Assembly: GCA_963735035.1 (NCBI GenBank)
Contig: CAVTJJ010000004.1
Coordinates: forward strand, 448,001 to 512,000
Source: an uncultured candidate division Zixibacteria bacterium
Lineage (GTDB): Bacteria; Zixibacteria; MSB-5A5; GN15; FEB-12
Reading direction: 5' to 3'
DNA length: 64,000 bases
In this document: positions 9,938 to 21,348 of the stretch, piece by piece
Position numbering within the stretch: the first letter of the stretch is position 1
Layout of the letters: each line of letters opens with the position of its first letter
Made by a program: the position numbers and the translations under genes
The notes under the pieces: generated by a model
Told to the model about the DNA's origin: nothing
The model's database searches: none
What the model saw: only the letters and a program-made list of their open reading frames with translations

Positions 9938-10873
9938 ATGATTACAGCTATAGGCAATCCGGTTTACGATTACATCAAGACCCAAAAAGTCGACACCAAG
10001 GTTCGGGTTCTTTCCGGCTGTTCGACCAATGCCGCTCTGGCGCTGACTAAGCTCGGCAAATCTGTGCGACTGATCGGGGCAATCGGCGAGGATTATCGGG
10101 AAGATTTTGCGGCGTCGCTACGTCGGTACAAGATTGAATTCGAAATAGTCCCGTCACCCCAGACGGGTGGCTTCTCGCTGGTCTACTACGATAATTTCGG
10201 GAATCGTACACTCGATCTCCTCGGACGGGCCGACAACATCGAAAAGATCGACCCGCATTGGTATCAGGATTCCGAAGCTGTGCTGATCGGACCGATCCTC
10301 GGCGAGGTTTCGTTTGACAACATCCAGCAGATTAGAAACGGTTTCAAAGGGCTTTTCTTCTGCGACCCACAGGGACTTCTTCGCGGCGCAGACGAGTCTG
10401 GCCGCATCTATCACGAAAAGCCGGATGGGATCGAAGAAACGCTCGGGCTGTTCGACGTTGTCAAACCGAACGAACTTGAAGGCAAAGTGCTGACCGGAAT
10501 CGACTGCCGTCAGGACCCATACGAAGCCGCGCGCATCATCAAATCCTGGGGGCCGAAGATTGTCATAGTCACGCTGGCCGAACTGGGATCAATCATTTAC
10601 GATGGCCACCAGTTTGTCAATATTCCGCCGTATCAGATCAACCTGGTTGATTCGACCGGCGCCGGTGACACTTATATGGCCGGGTTCACGTTCGAGTATC
10701 TCCGCACGCACGACCTGAGACAGTCCGGCTGTTTCGCGTCGTGTGTGTCATCGATAATGATCGAACAGGTCGGGCCGGATTTTATGATGACCGAAGCGGA
10801 AGTCCGCCGTCGGCAGCAGAAATTGCTGGCGATGGAAAACTTCAAACCGGTGGTGGCGGTTAATAATCCGTAA
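9938..10873 (+). CDS. PfkB-family carbohydrate kinase (possibly inositol kinase-like)
   Basis: KPNELE, VTLAELGS, DSTGAGDTY anion-hole motif. Confidence 0.8.
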   Translation: MITAIGNPVYDYIKTQKVDTKVRVLSGCSTNAALALTKLGKSVRLIGAIGEDYREDFAASLRRYKIEFEIVPSPQTGGFSLVYYDNFGNRTLDLLGRADNIEKIDPHWYQDSEAVLIGPILGEVSFDNIQQIRNGFKGLFFCDPQGLLRGADESGRIYHEKPDGIEETLGLFDVVKPNELEGKVLTGIDCRQDPYEAARIIKSWGPKIVIVTLAELGSIIYDGHQFVNIPPYQINLVDSTGAGDTYMAGFTFEYLRTHDLRQSGCFASCVSSIMIEQVGPDFMMTEAEVRRRQQKLLAMENFKPVVAVNNP

Positions 10874-10882
10874 ACGGTTGAA

Positions 10883-11065
10883 CCCACAGCAAGCTGTGGG
10901 GTACCCGTAGGTCAGGCCTACTCGGGGCCTGACAGCATACACTGACTGTGTCAGGCGTCAAGTCCGCCTGACCTACGAATGCAAACTGGCCGGGTCAGGC
11001 GTCAACTCCGCCTGACCGCGGTTAATGACCGAGCCACCGTCTGGCTGAGACGCCCGACGGCACCT
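10883..11065. repeat. REP doublet cluster (GTAG family)
   Basis: GTAGGTCAGGCC..GGCCTGAC...GTCAGGCGTCAAGTCCGCCTGACCTAC. Confidence 0.75.
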
Positions 11066-11083
11066 TCAATGCGGAGGCAATCC

Positions 11084-11644
11084 ATGAACGATTCCATCTT
11101 CTTCCGACGTCAAAGCAAGCGGGCATATCTGGCGAAGGCCATCCCCGATGACGCCCTGGACCGCATCTATGAAAAAGTCCGCTGGTCGCCGTCGTGCAAC
11201 AACAACCAGCCCTGGCGGTTTGTGTTCGTGTTCGATCCGGAGCAACGCGCCCGATTCATGACCGCCCTGCCCAAGGGGAACCAGTGGGCAGGGGCCGCAC
11301 CGGCGCTGATAGCGGTATGCGGCCGTCAGGTCGATGACCACACCCGCGACGACGATCCAGTGATGTATTACCAGTTCGACTGTGGTCTCGCGGTGATGTC
11401 GTTACTGCTGGCGGCCACCGAAGAAGGTCTGATGGCGCACCCGATGGCGGGGTATGATGCCCTCGCGTTGCACGATGTGCTCGAGATTCCAGCGGAGTAT
11501 CATGTCATGTGCATTATTGCGATGGGGTATCCGGGGTCGATTAATACGCTTGATGAACGCACGCGCCTGAAAGACGAAGCACCGAGGACGCGCAAGGAAC
11601 TGACGGAGATTATCTTCACCGACCGATTCGTCCGCAATTCGTAA
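11084..11644 (+). CDS. Nitroreductase-family protein
   Basis: R.S.R, SPSCNNNQPWRF, DCGLA motifs; GGAGG RBS before ATG 11084. Confidence 0.88.
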   Translation: MNDSIFFRRQSKRAYLAKAIPDDALDRIYEKVRWSPSCNNNQPWRFVFVFDPEQRARFMTALPKGNQWAGAAPALIAVCGRQVDDHTRDDDPVMYYQFDCGLAVMSLLLAATEEGLMAHPMAGYDALALHDVLEIPAEYHVMCIIAMGYPGSINTLDERTRLKDEAPRTRKELTEIIFTDRFVRNS

Positions 11645-11837
11645 TTACGGTATATCTGCGGGCGGCACACTGCCTGCCCCAGACTTGATCGGGGGTCCTC
11701 GTGTGCCCCTTGACGTAAAACGTTTGTGTGAGCTGGAAACGGGGCAGACCAGGAGGTCTGCCGCCCACTATCGATTCTACCTGTTGACAGGACCACCCGC
11801 CGACATTTATATTCGCAAAAAAGAAACGGGGATCGGT

Positions 11838-13466
11838 TTGATTCGTCTCGGATTAGCAGCGATTATACTTTTGACAGTGGTTGGTCTCGTACCCGGCACA
11901 GTCTCTGCCGGCGAGACCGACAGCACTAAGTTTCGGATTCAGGACTATATACCGGACAGGATTTCCGATTTCGAATGGAAACTTGACGGATTGGCGAGTG
12001 CCCGTGACGGCTCCGGCGAGCAACCCACAATTCATCATAATTTTTCAAAGTACTATCGTGAGGCCGAATCCTGGGAATCGAACTCTCGCACTCTCGAAAT
12101 TGCCAACAACTGGCGCTATAGATACGAGTCGCGTCAGGGCTTCGTGGATCTTAATCTCGGCCTAAGCACAGACTTCTATCATGATGAGTATGACAACGTT
12201 GACTCCACAGTTGACACCATCGGTCTCTGGCAGATCGCAAGCCATGAACAGCCCTATACATCTGCTGCTTACCACGTTCCGCTGGCGGGTGAAATTCGCA
12301 GATACGTATTTTCCAATACTTTTGTGACAGCGGTCGGCGATTTGTATTACTCGTATTACCGGAATAAGTCCAAAGAGTTGACCAACACTCATCTGGAAAG
12401 GCCCGATAGCTTGTCGAGCCTGACTGAGATGACTGATGTAGAAGAAGAGGTAGCGACACGCCGGACTAGCCGAAACCTTGATTTCGTAGGTGAGATTCGT
12501 TTGGGTTGGGGACGTGTATACGAGGGCAAGTACGCCGCTACTGCATTGTATGTCACGAATGAACTAAAGAAAGCGCGGCTTCTCGCCAGGGACCCCGGCC
12601 GTTCCGAGATGCTCTCTTTGACCAAACAGATTCACGCCTATCGGGAGGGCCATTCCTGGGATCGCCGTGAGTATCGCGCCAGTTCTTTGCAGGCCATCCT
12701 CGCGAATCTCCATTCCGCGGGTCTGATTGCCGACGAAAGTGCATACGCTTTATTATGTGTGGAGGATGTACTTGATTACTTTCCCGCCGGCAGCAGACGC
12801 TTTGGGTGGGATATTCAGGCCGGATTTGGCGGCCATGACCGCTATTACAACTACGAGACTGACCAGGAAACAAGACGGTGGACCACCACATCACTCTGGA
12901 ATCAGGACAGCACCTGGATTGCAGACACGATCAGCGCCACCTACGTTGAGGAACAAAAGACTACGCATACCAGAGAATTCGCTCCTACGGATCATCTGGT
13001 CCTGCAGATGGGTTACTACCGGCCGCTTTCGCCAAGATGGCAATTCAATTTCTCGGCCCGCTCCTGGTGGTTCCTTAACCGGAACACCCAACCTGAGAAC
13101 ATTGATTACCTGCCTGGTTATAAGTACTGGCGGACTTTTGATCGCGTAGTGATGTCCGGTGAGACTGAAATTCAATATTTGTATGACGCCAGGACCGCCT
13201 TGCTCTTGAACGCTTCGTTGATAGACACCACGAGAACCGATAAATACCGGAGCTACCATACAGAAGAGATTATTGGTTGGAAGATTCACAGCCGGATCTT
13301 TCAGATGCGTCTGGGGGGGACATACCGAATGACTCCATCCACAACTCTATCCGTTAATTGGCAGTACTTGAAGTATCTCAGTACCGTAACGCAAGTCGAT
13401 TTGGAGACCAGGAGCAAATCGAAGCGAGCTTATCTCTCGTTCGGCATCACCCACTGGCTGTTCTGA
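11838..13466 (+). CDS. Hypothetical exported protein, possibly an outer-membrane beta-barrel
   Basis: TTG start downstream of TTGACA-N18-TATATT; signal peptide (..TVSA); aromatic-rich strands; C-terminal Phe (THWLF). Confidence 0.55.
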   Translation: MIRLGLAAIILLTVVGLVPGTVSAGETDSTKFRIQDYIPDRISDFEWKLDGLASARDGSGEQPTIHHNFSKYYREAESWESNSRTLEIANNWRYRYESRQGFVDLNLGLSTDFYHDEYDNVDSTVDTIGLWQIASHEQPYTSAAYHVPLAGEIRRYVFSNTFVTAVGDLYYSYYRNKSKELTNTHLERPDSLSSLTEMTDVEEEVATRRTSRNLDFVGEIRLGWGRVYEGKYAATALYVTNELKKARLLARDPGRSEMLSLTKQIHAYREGHSWDRREYRASSLQAILANLHSAGLIADESAYALLCVEDVLDYFPAGSRRFGWDIQAGFGGHDRYYNYETDQETRRWTTTSLWNQDSTWIADTISATYVEEQKTTHTREFAPTDHLVLQMGYYRPLSPRWQFNFSARSWWFLNRNTQPENIDYLPGYKYWRTFDRVVMSGETEIQYLYDARTALLLNASLIDTTRTDKYRSYHTEEIIGWKIHSRIFQMRLGGTYRMTPSTTLSVNWQYLKYLSTVTQVDLETRSKSKRAYLSFGITHWLF

Positions 13467-13469
13467 GTG

Positions 13470-14117
13470 TCATGCCTTGATGCCGTCGAACAGGAACGAA
13501 ATCAAATATTCCCCCGTACGGTGAAGTGGGACACTTCGGCCCGAGAACTGACGCAGCAACAGCGCCTCAAGAATCATCGACACCAGATACTCGGTCAGGT
13601 CAACGTCGAAATCCCCTCGAATTTCCCCGGTCTGAACCGCTCGCGCGACGATTTCTTTGACATACAGCCGCAGATGGCGTTCGAGATCGATCCCCTCCAG
13701 CATCACGCCCGCATGATCCAGGCCGTGCGTCACAAACAGAAAGAACTTCTGTTCAGATTGATGCAGCTTGGCATTTACCACCAGCGAATCGTACAGGTAT
13801 CTCAGGCGGTCTTTGGCCATCGCCGATTTTTCGTTCTGACGTAATTCCGCCACCCACTTGGTGAGGTAATCATCGAATACCAGAATCGTGAATTCCAGCA
13901 GGTGGCTTTTCGACTCGAAATACTGAAAGAACGAGCCCTTGGAAATGCCGGCGTCGTGACAGATGCGGTCAACGGATAAACCGTCGTAGCCATACTCACC
14001 AAACAGACGTGTGGCGGCCCGGTAGACCTGGAGCTTCTTGTCCGGTGTGAGGCGGCGGAATGTGTCCGACACTACGCGGCGGCGGACCAGATCAGAAACT
14101 ACGTTTTCGTCAAGCAT
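13470..14117 (-). CDS. TetR/AcrR-family transcriptional regulator
   Basis: LFGEYGYDGLSVDRICHDAGISKGSFFQYFESK helix-turn-helix. Confidence 0.88.
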   Translation of the reverse strand: MLDENVVSDLVRRRVVSDTFRRLTPDKKLQVYRAATRLFGEYGYDGLSVDRICHDAGISKGSFFQYFESKSHLLEFTILVFDDYLTKWVAELRQNEKSAMAKDRLRYLYDSLVVNAKLHQSEQKFFLFVTHGLDHAGVMLEGIDLERHLRLYVKEIVARAVQTGEIRGDFDVDLTEYLVSMILEALLLRQFSGRSVPLHRTGEYLISFLFDGIKA

Positions 14118-14137
14118 GTGTGTTCTCCGTTGAGCCG

Positions 14138-14425
14138 TAGGTCGGTTTAGTAGGTCCGGAGCCCTTAGGCTCCTGACAGCGTATACGCTCTTTGTTGCGA
14201 AATGTCAGGAGGCTCGGGTCTCCTGAGCTACTAAGCAATCTTGTAGGTCGAAACCAGTCCGCTTCGGTCGGTTTCGACATCATCATAAGTCACTCTCCGG
14301 CCTACATGTCTGGGTCCCTGCCTCCGCAGGGATGACATCCACCCACCGCAAGCGGCGGGGCGCCAGGGACGCAGCCGCCCGAAGTTGCGAAGTGTCAGGA
14401 GCCTAAGGGCTCCTGACCTACTAAG
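14138..14425. repeat. REP-like palindrome cluster
   Basis: GGAGCCCTTAGGCTCCTGAC / GTCAGGAGCCTAAGGGCTCCTGACCTAC and other recurrent hairpins. Confidence 0.7.
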
Positions 14426-14459
14426 CTGACCTGCTATCATTCATTCGCATCTTATCCGT

Positions 14460-14477
14460 TATGACCAAACGGTCATA
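14460..14477. promoter_or_regulatory. Candidate TetR operator
   Basis: Perfect inverted repeat TATGACC-AAAC-GGTCATA in the AT-rich divergent promoter region between tetR and ino1. Confidence 0.55.
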
Positions 14478-14609
14478 TGTCATGTACTATTATTATATAT
14501 TTTGTCTTCGCGCGCCAGTGATTATTGACGGATCGCTGTCAACCCCGATATATTCCGGCCGTTAAGAATGAACGCTAAGAAAGCTCATAATGATAGAAGG
14601 GATTCAGCC

Positions 14610-15801
14610 ATGAGCAACAAAGTCAGAGTAGCCATTATCGGCGTCGGCAACTGCGCCTCATCGCTGGTGCAGGGTGTCGAGTTTTATAAGAAGGCCAAGG
14701 ACGAAGATAAAGTCCCCGGTCTGATGCATGTCAATCTCGGCGGCTATCACATTCGCGACATCGAGTTCTCAGCCGCGATCGATATCGACAAGAACAAGGT
14801 CGGCAAGGATCTATCCGAGGCGATCTACACCTGGCCGAATTGCACCTACAAATTCTGCGATGTGCCGAAATCGGGCATCAAGGTCCAGCGCGGCATGACC
14901 CACGACGGTCTGGGTCACTACCTCAGCCAGATCATCGAGAAGGCCCCCGGCGACACGGTTGACATCGTGAAGCTGCTCAAGGACACCAGGACCGACGTCG
15001 TGGTCAACTACCTTCCGGTCGGTTCGGAAGAAGCCACCAAGTGGTACGTCGAGCAGATTCTGGACGCCGGTTGCGGTCTCGTGAACTGCATCCCGGTCTT
15101 TATCGCGCGAGAAGCTTACTGGCAGAAGCGGTTCAAGGAGCGCGGATTGCCGGTGATCGGTGACGACATCAAGTCGCAGGTGGGTGCGACCATCATGCAC
15201 CGGATACTGACCCGTCTGTTCCTGGAGCGCGGCGTGCATCTCGACCGGACCTCGCAGCTTAACGTCGGCGGCAACACCGACTTTTTGAACATGTTGGAGA
15301 GATCTCGTTTGGAGTCCAAGAAAATCTCCAAGACCAACGCCGTGACCAGTCAGCTCGACTATGAAATGAGCGCCGAGCAACATTCACATCGGACCGTCGG
15401 ACTACGTCGAATGGCTTCAGGACCGGAAGTGGGCCTACATTCGTATGGAAGGGACCACGTTCGGCAACGTGCCGCTCAACGTCGAGCTCAAGATGGAAGT
15501 CTGGGACAGCCCGAACTCGGCCGGTGTGGTTATCGACGCTGTTCGCTGCTGCAAGCTGGGTCTGGACAACGGCCTCTCGGGGGCCCTGATAGAGCCGTCG
15601 TCGTACTTCAAGAAGTCCCCGCCGGTTCAGTACACCGATGAACAGGCCCGTCAACTGACCGAGGAATTCATTGCCAAGTACGGTTGGAAACAGGCCGGGC
15701 AGAAGCAGCCGCTGAAAGTTGCGGCGCGCAAGCCGCAAAAGGCCAAGACGGCAACAGCCAAATCGACCGGTACCAAACGGGTGGTGAAGACAAAAAAGTA
15801 G
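14610..15801 (+). CDS. ino1: myo-Inositol-1-phosphate synthase (one +1 frameshift at ~15378, probably a sequence error)
   Basis: [43 protein letters not shown]; continues [26 protein letters not shown] in the shifted frame. Confidence 0.9.
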
Positions 15802-15831
15802 TGTCGCCCGCGTGACACTTTCGATAGTTTG

Positions 15832-15863
15832 AACCGGCGACATGGGTCGCCGGTTTTTTCTTT
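15832..15863 (+). terminator. Rho-independent terminator
   Basis: AACCGGCGAC-ATGG-GTCGCCGGTT followed by a T-tract. Confidence 0.8.
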
Positions 15864-15884
15864 ATTGTATATGGGTGCATCCGA

Positions 15885-16520
15885 ATGAAAGTCAGGCGTC
15901 GAAAAAGCGGTCTCTTTGTAACCTTCGAAGGTATCGACGGGTGCGGCAAGTCAACACAATTGGAGTTCAGCCGTGCTTACCTTCGCTCCAAAGGTTACGA
16001 TGTAGTAACGCTCAGAGAGCCGGGTTCGACCCCGACCGCCGAGAAGATCCGTCGACTGCTTCTGGACAAGAAATCTGCTCTTACCGATCTCGCGGAATTG
16101 CTGTTATATGAGGCCGCTCGGGCCGAAATCACCCAGCGGGAAATTCTGCCGCATCTGAAAGCGGGTCGCATTGTCCTGTGTGATCGCTTCTATGACAGCA
16201 CTACCGCCTATCAGGGTTATGGTCGCGGGCTTGACCTTGAAATGGTCCGGTGTTTGCATAAAGTTGCAGTCGGCGAATGCGTGCCCGACCTGACTCTGGT
16301 GTTTGACGTCTCGCTGAAGACAGCAACCGAGCGGCTCGGCCCTAACCGCGACCGGCTCGAATCGCAGCCACCTGCGTTTCATAAGCGGGTGAGGCAGGGG
16401 TTTCTAGAAATCGCCGCTTCGGAATCCAAGCGCGTCAAAGTAGTCGATACAACCGGACCGAAGGATCAAGTATTCGCGGCGGTTCGTCGCTATCTGGACA
16501 GGAAACTGAAGCACCTATGA
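15885..16520 (+). CDS. tmk: Thymidylate kinase
   Basis: FEGIDGCGKSTQ, REPG, DRFYDST.AYQG. Confidence 0.95.
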   Translation: MKVRRRKSGLFVTFEGIDGCGKSTQLEFSRAYLRSKGYDVVTLREPGSTPTAEKIRRLLLDKKSALTDLAELLLYEAARAEITQREILPHLKAGRIVLCDRFYDSTTAYQGYGRGLDLEMVRCLHKVAVGECVPDLTLVFDVSLKTATERLGPNRDRLESQPPAFHKRVRQGFLEIAASESKRVKVVDTTGPKDQVFAAVRRYLDRKLKHL

Positions 16521-18097
16521 CCTCTGTCCCGCTGGCACAACGCAAGCCGCTGATTCTATCGGCTCTGTTTCTGGTTTTGACCGTCTTGCTGGCGGGCGGG
16601 AGTGCTGTCTACGTTTTGTCCGATGTCGGTTTGAAGGACAGTCTGGATCTGCTCCGGGTGGCGGCTACGGTCAATCAACTCTACCAGCATGAAGTCAACT
16701 GGGACAAGCTTACTCAATCGGCGATGGAGGGAATGTTCTCCCGCCTGGATCGTTACTCCGGATATGTTCCGCCTCGAACATGGGATCGGATGCGCGAAGA
16801 ACTTGGTGGGAGTTACTCCGGCATAGGGATTTCGGTGACGGAGGACGAAAACGGACTGCTGGTTATGTCGGTCCGCGAAAGCGGCCCGGCGGCCACGGCC
16901 GGCATTCTCACCGGCGATGTAATTATTGCCGTCGATAGCACACGGCTACGGGGCCTTACCGCCGAAGAATCGACCGATATCCTGCGCGGGCCGGAAGGAA
17001 CGAACGCCGAGCTCATGGTGCTTCGGCCGGTCGATCACGACACGCTGAAAGTTACCGTGACCCGCAAGGAGATCGATTTCCAGCATATCCCATTTGCCGG
17101 GTACACGCCCGATTCAGTGCTCTATATCCGGCTGCTTGATTTTGACGCCGGTGCTTCGCGCGACGTAAAGTCTGCTCTTGATTCTCTTCTGACCAAGCCA
17201 GGAACCCGGGCCCAGGGGGTAATACTAGACCTTCGCGGCAATCCGGGGGGGTTGTTTGCCGAGGCTTTTCAGACCGCCAATCTGTTCCTTGAGAAGGGAC
17301 GGTTCATAGTCGGTACAGATGGCCGCTCACGCTGGGAAGAGGAGAGCTTCTACTCGCAGGGACCGGATATAACTCACGGCCTCCCGATGGCGATACTGGT
17401 GGATCGAGGTTCGGCGTCATCGTCCGAGATCGTGGCCGGGTCTCTCAGCCAGTTGGGGCGGGCAGTGTTGGTCGGCGACACTACTTACGGCAAGGGGCTG
17501 GTGCAGGGGTTCAGACGGCTGGACGACGGCAGTGGTGTTCGGCTGACCGTGTCACGCTACTATCTGGCCGGTCCACTCTATCTCAATCAGTTTGACACTA
17601 CACTCAACGAGACCGGGCGGGGCCTGCCTCCCCAGCACGTCGTCAAGTTTACTGATGAAGAGCCGTTTCCGTGGGCGCTGGAGCGCTCGCTGCTCTTGAA
17701 TCGCTTTGCTACCGGCCATCAGGACGAAATCATTGCCGCTACAGATCAGTTTGACCTTGATGACTCCTGGATCAATCGGTTCGAGCAATACGCCCTCAGC
17801 GAAGGGTTCAAATACAATTCGCTCACCACGGACCGAGCGGTGGGTCTTTCCGAAGAGGCGGTCAAAGAGGACGTAACGCGCCCGCTCCGACTTCAAGTAG
17901 AAAGTCTGTTGGAGCAGTCCCGAAAGATGGATCAGGGCGAATTCACTCGCCATGGACAGTACATCAAAATGAGACTCAAACAGATCGCGCTCGAACGCAA
18001 GTTCGGGAGCTACATCGCCTATCTGAAAGCCGTGGTGCCCTCGCGGTCTGATATTCAAATTGCCGCCCAACTCCTGAAATCACCCGATCATGACTGA
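16517..18097 (+). CDS. ctpA: S41 carboxy-terminal processing protease with PDZ domain
   Basis: GIGI PDZ, ILDLRGNPGG, SASSSEIVAG, GDTTYGKGLVQ. Confidence 0.88.
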   Translation: MTSVPLAQRKPLILSALFLVLTVLLAGGSAVYVLSDVGLKDSLDLLRVAATVNQLYQHEVNWDKLTQSAMEGMFSRLDRYSGYVPPRTWDRMREELGGSYSGIGISVTEDENGLLVMSVRESGPAATAGILTGDVIIAVDSTRLRGLTAEESTDILRGPEGTNAELMVLRPVDHDTLKVTVTRKEIDFQHIPFAGYTPDSVLYIRLLDFDAGASRDVKSALDSLLTKPGTRAQGVILDLRGNPGGLFAEAFQTANLFLEKGRFIVGTDGRSRWEEESFYSQGPDITHGLPMAILVDRGSASSSEIVAGSLSQLGRAVLVGDTTYGKGLVQGFRRLDDGSGVRLTVSRYYLAGPLYLNQFDTTLNETGRGLPPQHVVKFTDEEPFPWALERSLLLNRFATGHQDEIIAATDQFDLDDSWINRFEQYALSEGFKYNSLTTDRAVGLSEEAVKEDVTRPLRLQVESLLEQSRKMDQGEFTRHGQYIKMRLKQIALERKFGSYIAYLKAVVPSRSDIQIAAQLLKSPDHD

Positions 18098-18773
18098 GCC
18101 TCGGACCGTCATATTCTGCGATTTCGACGGAACCGCGGCTACGCGCGATGTCGGATACAATCTCTACCATCATTTCTCAGGCGGGAAGAATGACGCCCTG
18201 TTGCCGGACTGGAAGTCCGGGCGGTTGACGACCCGGGACTGCATGCGACTCGAATGCGAGATGGTGCAGGCGACACCCCAGGAGATAGATGACTTTCTCG
18301 ACCCTTTTGGTCTTGATCCGACTTTCGCGCCATTTGTAGGCCTTTGCGGCACATCGGGTATTCAGGTCATAATCGTATCCGAGGGGCTGGAGTTCTATAT
18401 CAGGAAGCTGCTTACGCGGGAAGGCCTCGAAGATTTGGAGGTCAAAAGCAATATCGGTCATCGGGAGAACGGTGGCCTTCGGATCGAATTTCCTTACGAG
18501 TTTCGTGTCTGTGCGGGGTGTGGCAACTGCAAGGCCGCCCGAATTGAGGAGTATCGTCGGGCCCAATCTGAACCCTGCCGGGTGGTGTATGTGGGCGACG
18601 GCTACTCCGATGCCTGCGGGGCCGGGGCGGCGGATGTCGTCTTTGCGAAAAAAGACCTGATCGACTATTGCGAGACAAACGGCATTTCGTATTATAGATA
18701 TGCTAATTTCAAGGACGTTTCCGACCGATTGATACAACAAGGGCTCCTGAAGCCCGGACGTATGTCATTTTGA
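18090..18773 (+). CDS. HAD-IB phosphatase (MtnX-like)
   Basis: DFDGT, VSEG, CGNCK, YVGDGYSD, VFAK. Confidence 0.8.
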   Translation: MTEPRTVIFCDFDGTAATRDVGYNLYHHFSGGKNDALLPDWKSGRLTTRDCMRLECEMVQATPQEIDDFLDPFGLDPTFAPFVGLCGTSGIQVIIVSEGLEFYIRKLLTREGLEDLEVKSNIGHRENGGLRIEFPYEFRVCAGCGNCKAARIEEYRRAQSEPCRVVYVGDGYSDACGAGAADVVFAKKDLIDYCETNGISYYRYANFKDVSDRLIQQGLLKPGRMSF

Positions 18774-18786
18774 TGAAAGCATAGGA

Positions 18787-21290
18787 ATGAAAGCAGTCGT
18801 CATGGCCGGCGGTTTCGGGACCCGACTCCGCCCGCTCACGATAAATACACCCAAACCGATGGTGCCGATCGGCAATGTCCCGATGATGGAACATGTGGTC
18901 GGGCTGCTGGCGCGCCACGGTCTCACCGATGTCACATCGCTGCTCTATTTTCATCCTGAGAGTATTCGCAACTATTTCGGTGACGGCTCCAGGGTCGGCG
19001 TCCAGATGGCTTACGAAAAGCCGAGCGATGATCTCGGTACCGCCGGGGCAGTTCGCTATGCGTTGGGCGAGCCCCGCGAACCGGTGCTGGTGATATCCGG
19101 CGACCTGGTGACCAATTTTGATCTGGCCGAAGCCATAAAATGGCACAAAGAAAAGAAGGCCGACGCCACTATCCTGCTCACTCGCGTAGAGAATCCGATC
19201 GCTTACGGCATTGTCATCACTGACGATGACGGCCGAATTGTCGAATTCCTCGAAAAGCCCACCTGGGGCGAGGCGTTCTCAGACACCATCAATACTGGCA
19301 TTTATATTCTCGAACCTCAGGCGGCGGCGCTGATCCCCAAGGACGAGAATTTTGATTTTTCCCAGAACCTGTTCCCGCTCATGCTCAAGAACGGCATGAA
19401 GCTTCACGGGAAGATTATGGACGGGTACTGGAAGGATGTGGGCAACACCGACGAATATTTCCGCGCCCACTTCGATCTCTTTGCCGGCGACCTGACTTTG
19501 CCGCTCAAGAACAGCAAGGAAGAAATTGACGGGGCCGTAGTCTACAAGGGTCGCAATGTTCGTCTCGGTCAGGATGTGAAATTCTCCGGCACGGTGCTTC
19601 TGGGTGATGACGTCAATGTGGGTGACGGCGCTCAACTCTACAACTGTGCCCTCGGCCAACGGGTAAGGGTGGGTTCGCGCAGTAGTATCAAAGACTCGGT
19701 AGTCTGGTCGGATACGGCCATAGGCAGCGAGTGCCGCTTCTCGCGCGCCCTGGTTTGTGCCGCAGTACAGGTCGGCGACAATGTTGAGCTGGCCGATCAC
19801 TCGATCGTTTCCGACGAATGCGTGGTCGGCGATTCCGCGACGGTTCGGGCTAACTGCAAGATCTGGCCGGGGAAGAAAGTCGACGAGGGCGCGATTGTGT
19901 CATCGTCGCTGGTCTGGGGCGACGCCTGGAACCGGGAGCTGTTCACCGATTCGAAAATAACCGGTCTGGCGCTGACCGAGATTACGCCGGAGATGGCGGT
20001 CAAGGTTGGGGCGGCGTTCGGCGCTACGCTCGGTCAGGGCAGCGCTGTCGTGACGAGCCGCGAAGTTTCCGACGTGGCCCAGTTGCTCCGTCGTTCCGTG
20101 ATGTCCGGCCTGATGGCGTCCGGGGTCAATGTTTATGACCTCGAGACTCTCCCCGTGCCGGTTGTGCGGTATGCACTGAAGAAAGGCGACTACGCTGCCG
20201 GCATGTATGTTCGCCACAACCCGGTCGACTATCGTTATCTCGATTTCATATTCTTCCACGGCTCGGCGCTCGACATGCCGACCTCTCAGCTCAAGAAAGT
20301 TGAGCGCAATTATTTCGGCGAAGACTTCAAGCGCGCTTCGATCAGCGAGATCGGTCACCTGGACTACCCGCAGCGGGTGTTGCGTGACTACCAGGCTGAT
20401 TTCATGGCCGAGGTTGATGTCGATATCATCCGCGAGGCCGGGTTCAAAATTGTGGTCGATTACGCCCACGGATCGTCGTCCGAGGTATTCCCCGATCTGT
20501 TCTCACGCCTGGGCATCTCCAGCACCGAGTTGAATTCCCACCCGAATCCGCTGAAATCGTCGGTGCCGCCCGAAGAGTCAGCCCGTGCTACCGTGCAGCT
20601 TGTCGGCCATCGTGCGCTCGCTCAACGCCGACGTGGGCTTCCGCGTCAATCCGGCCGCCGAGAAACTGACCGTGGTGGACGAAAACGGCCGCCCGTTGGA
20701 CGATCAGACGCTCTTGATGCTGGTAACTGAGCTTTATATTCGTACGCATCATCCCGAGAAGATCGCTGTTCCGGTGGCGGCGTCGATGGGGATCGAAGAG
20801 ATCGCCGACCGCTACGGAGTACAGGTCGTGCGGGTGACGAACGACCATCAGGCGATGATGAAAGTCCACATGTCGGGTGAGGTTGATTTTGTCGGCGGTA
20901 CGCGCGGCGGCTTTGTCATGTCGACGATTCCACAGCGGTGCCGACGCCATTTTCGCACTGGTGAAACTGCTTCAAATGATGGCGCAGACCCGGGGCCGCC
21001 TGGGACACCTTCGCACCAACTACGAACACCTGGTGCGGCAAACCGTCTCGGTACCCTGTCCCTGGTCGCGCAAGGGGACGGTCATGCGCCGACTGATCAC
21101 CGAGTCGGTGAACAAGCGACGGCAATTGATCGACGGCGTCCGCATTATCGAGGATGACGGCTGGGTGTTGATCGCGCCGGACCGGTTCAACGCGGCGTTT
21201 AATATCTTTGCCGAATCGAAGTCGCGTAAGGTGACCGAATCGCTTATCAGCAATTATAAGTCGGTGGTGGAGAACTGCCAGGAAGCGTAG
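18787..21290 (+). CDS. Mannose-1-phosphate guanylyltransferase / phosphomannomutase fusion (two +1 frameshifts, ~20600 and ~20924)
   Basis: MAGGFGTRLRPLT..PKP, EKP, hexapeptide repeats, then PGM/PMM-like domains ending CPWSRKGTVMR..DGVRI; three ORF fragments join with single-base corrections. Confidence 0.85.
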
Positions 21291-21316
21291 GGCAGGTCGC
21301 CGGCAAAAAGGCATGG

Positions 21317-21347
21317 GCCGCCGACCTCCCACGGTCGGCGGTTTCTT
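21317..21347 (+). terminator. Rho-independent terminator
   Basis: GCCGCCGACC-TCCCAC-GGTCGGCGGT-TTCTT. Confidence 0.6.
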
Positions 21348-21348
21348 G

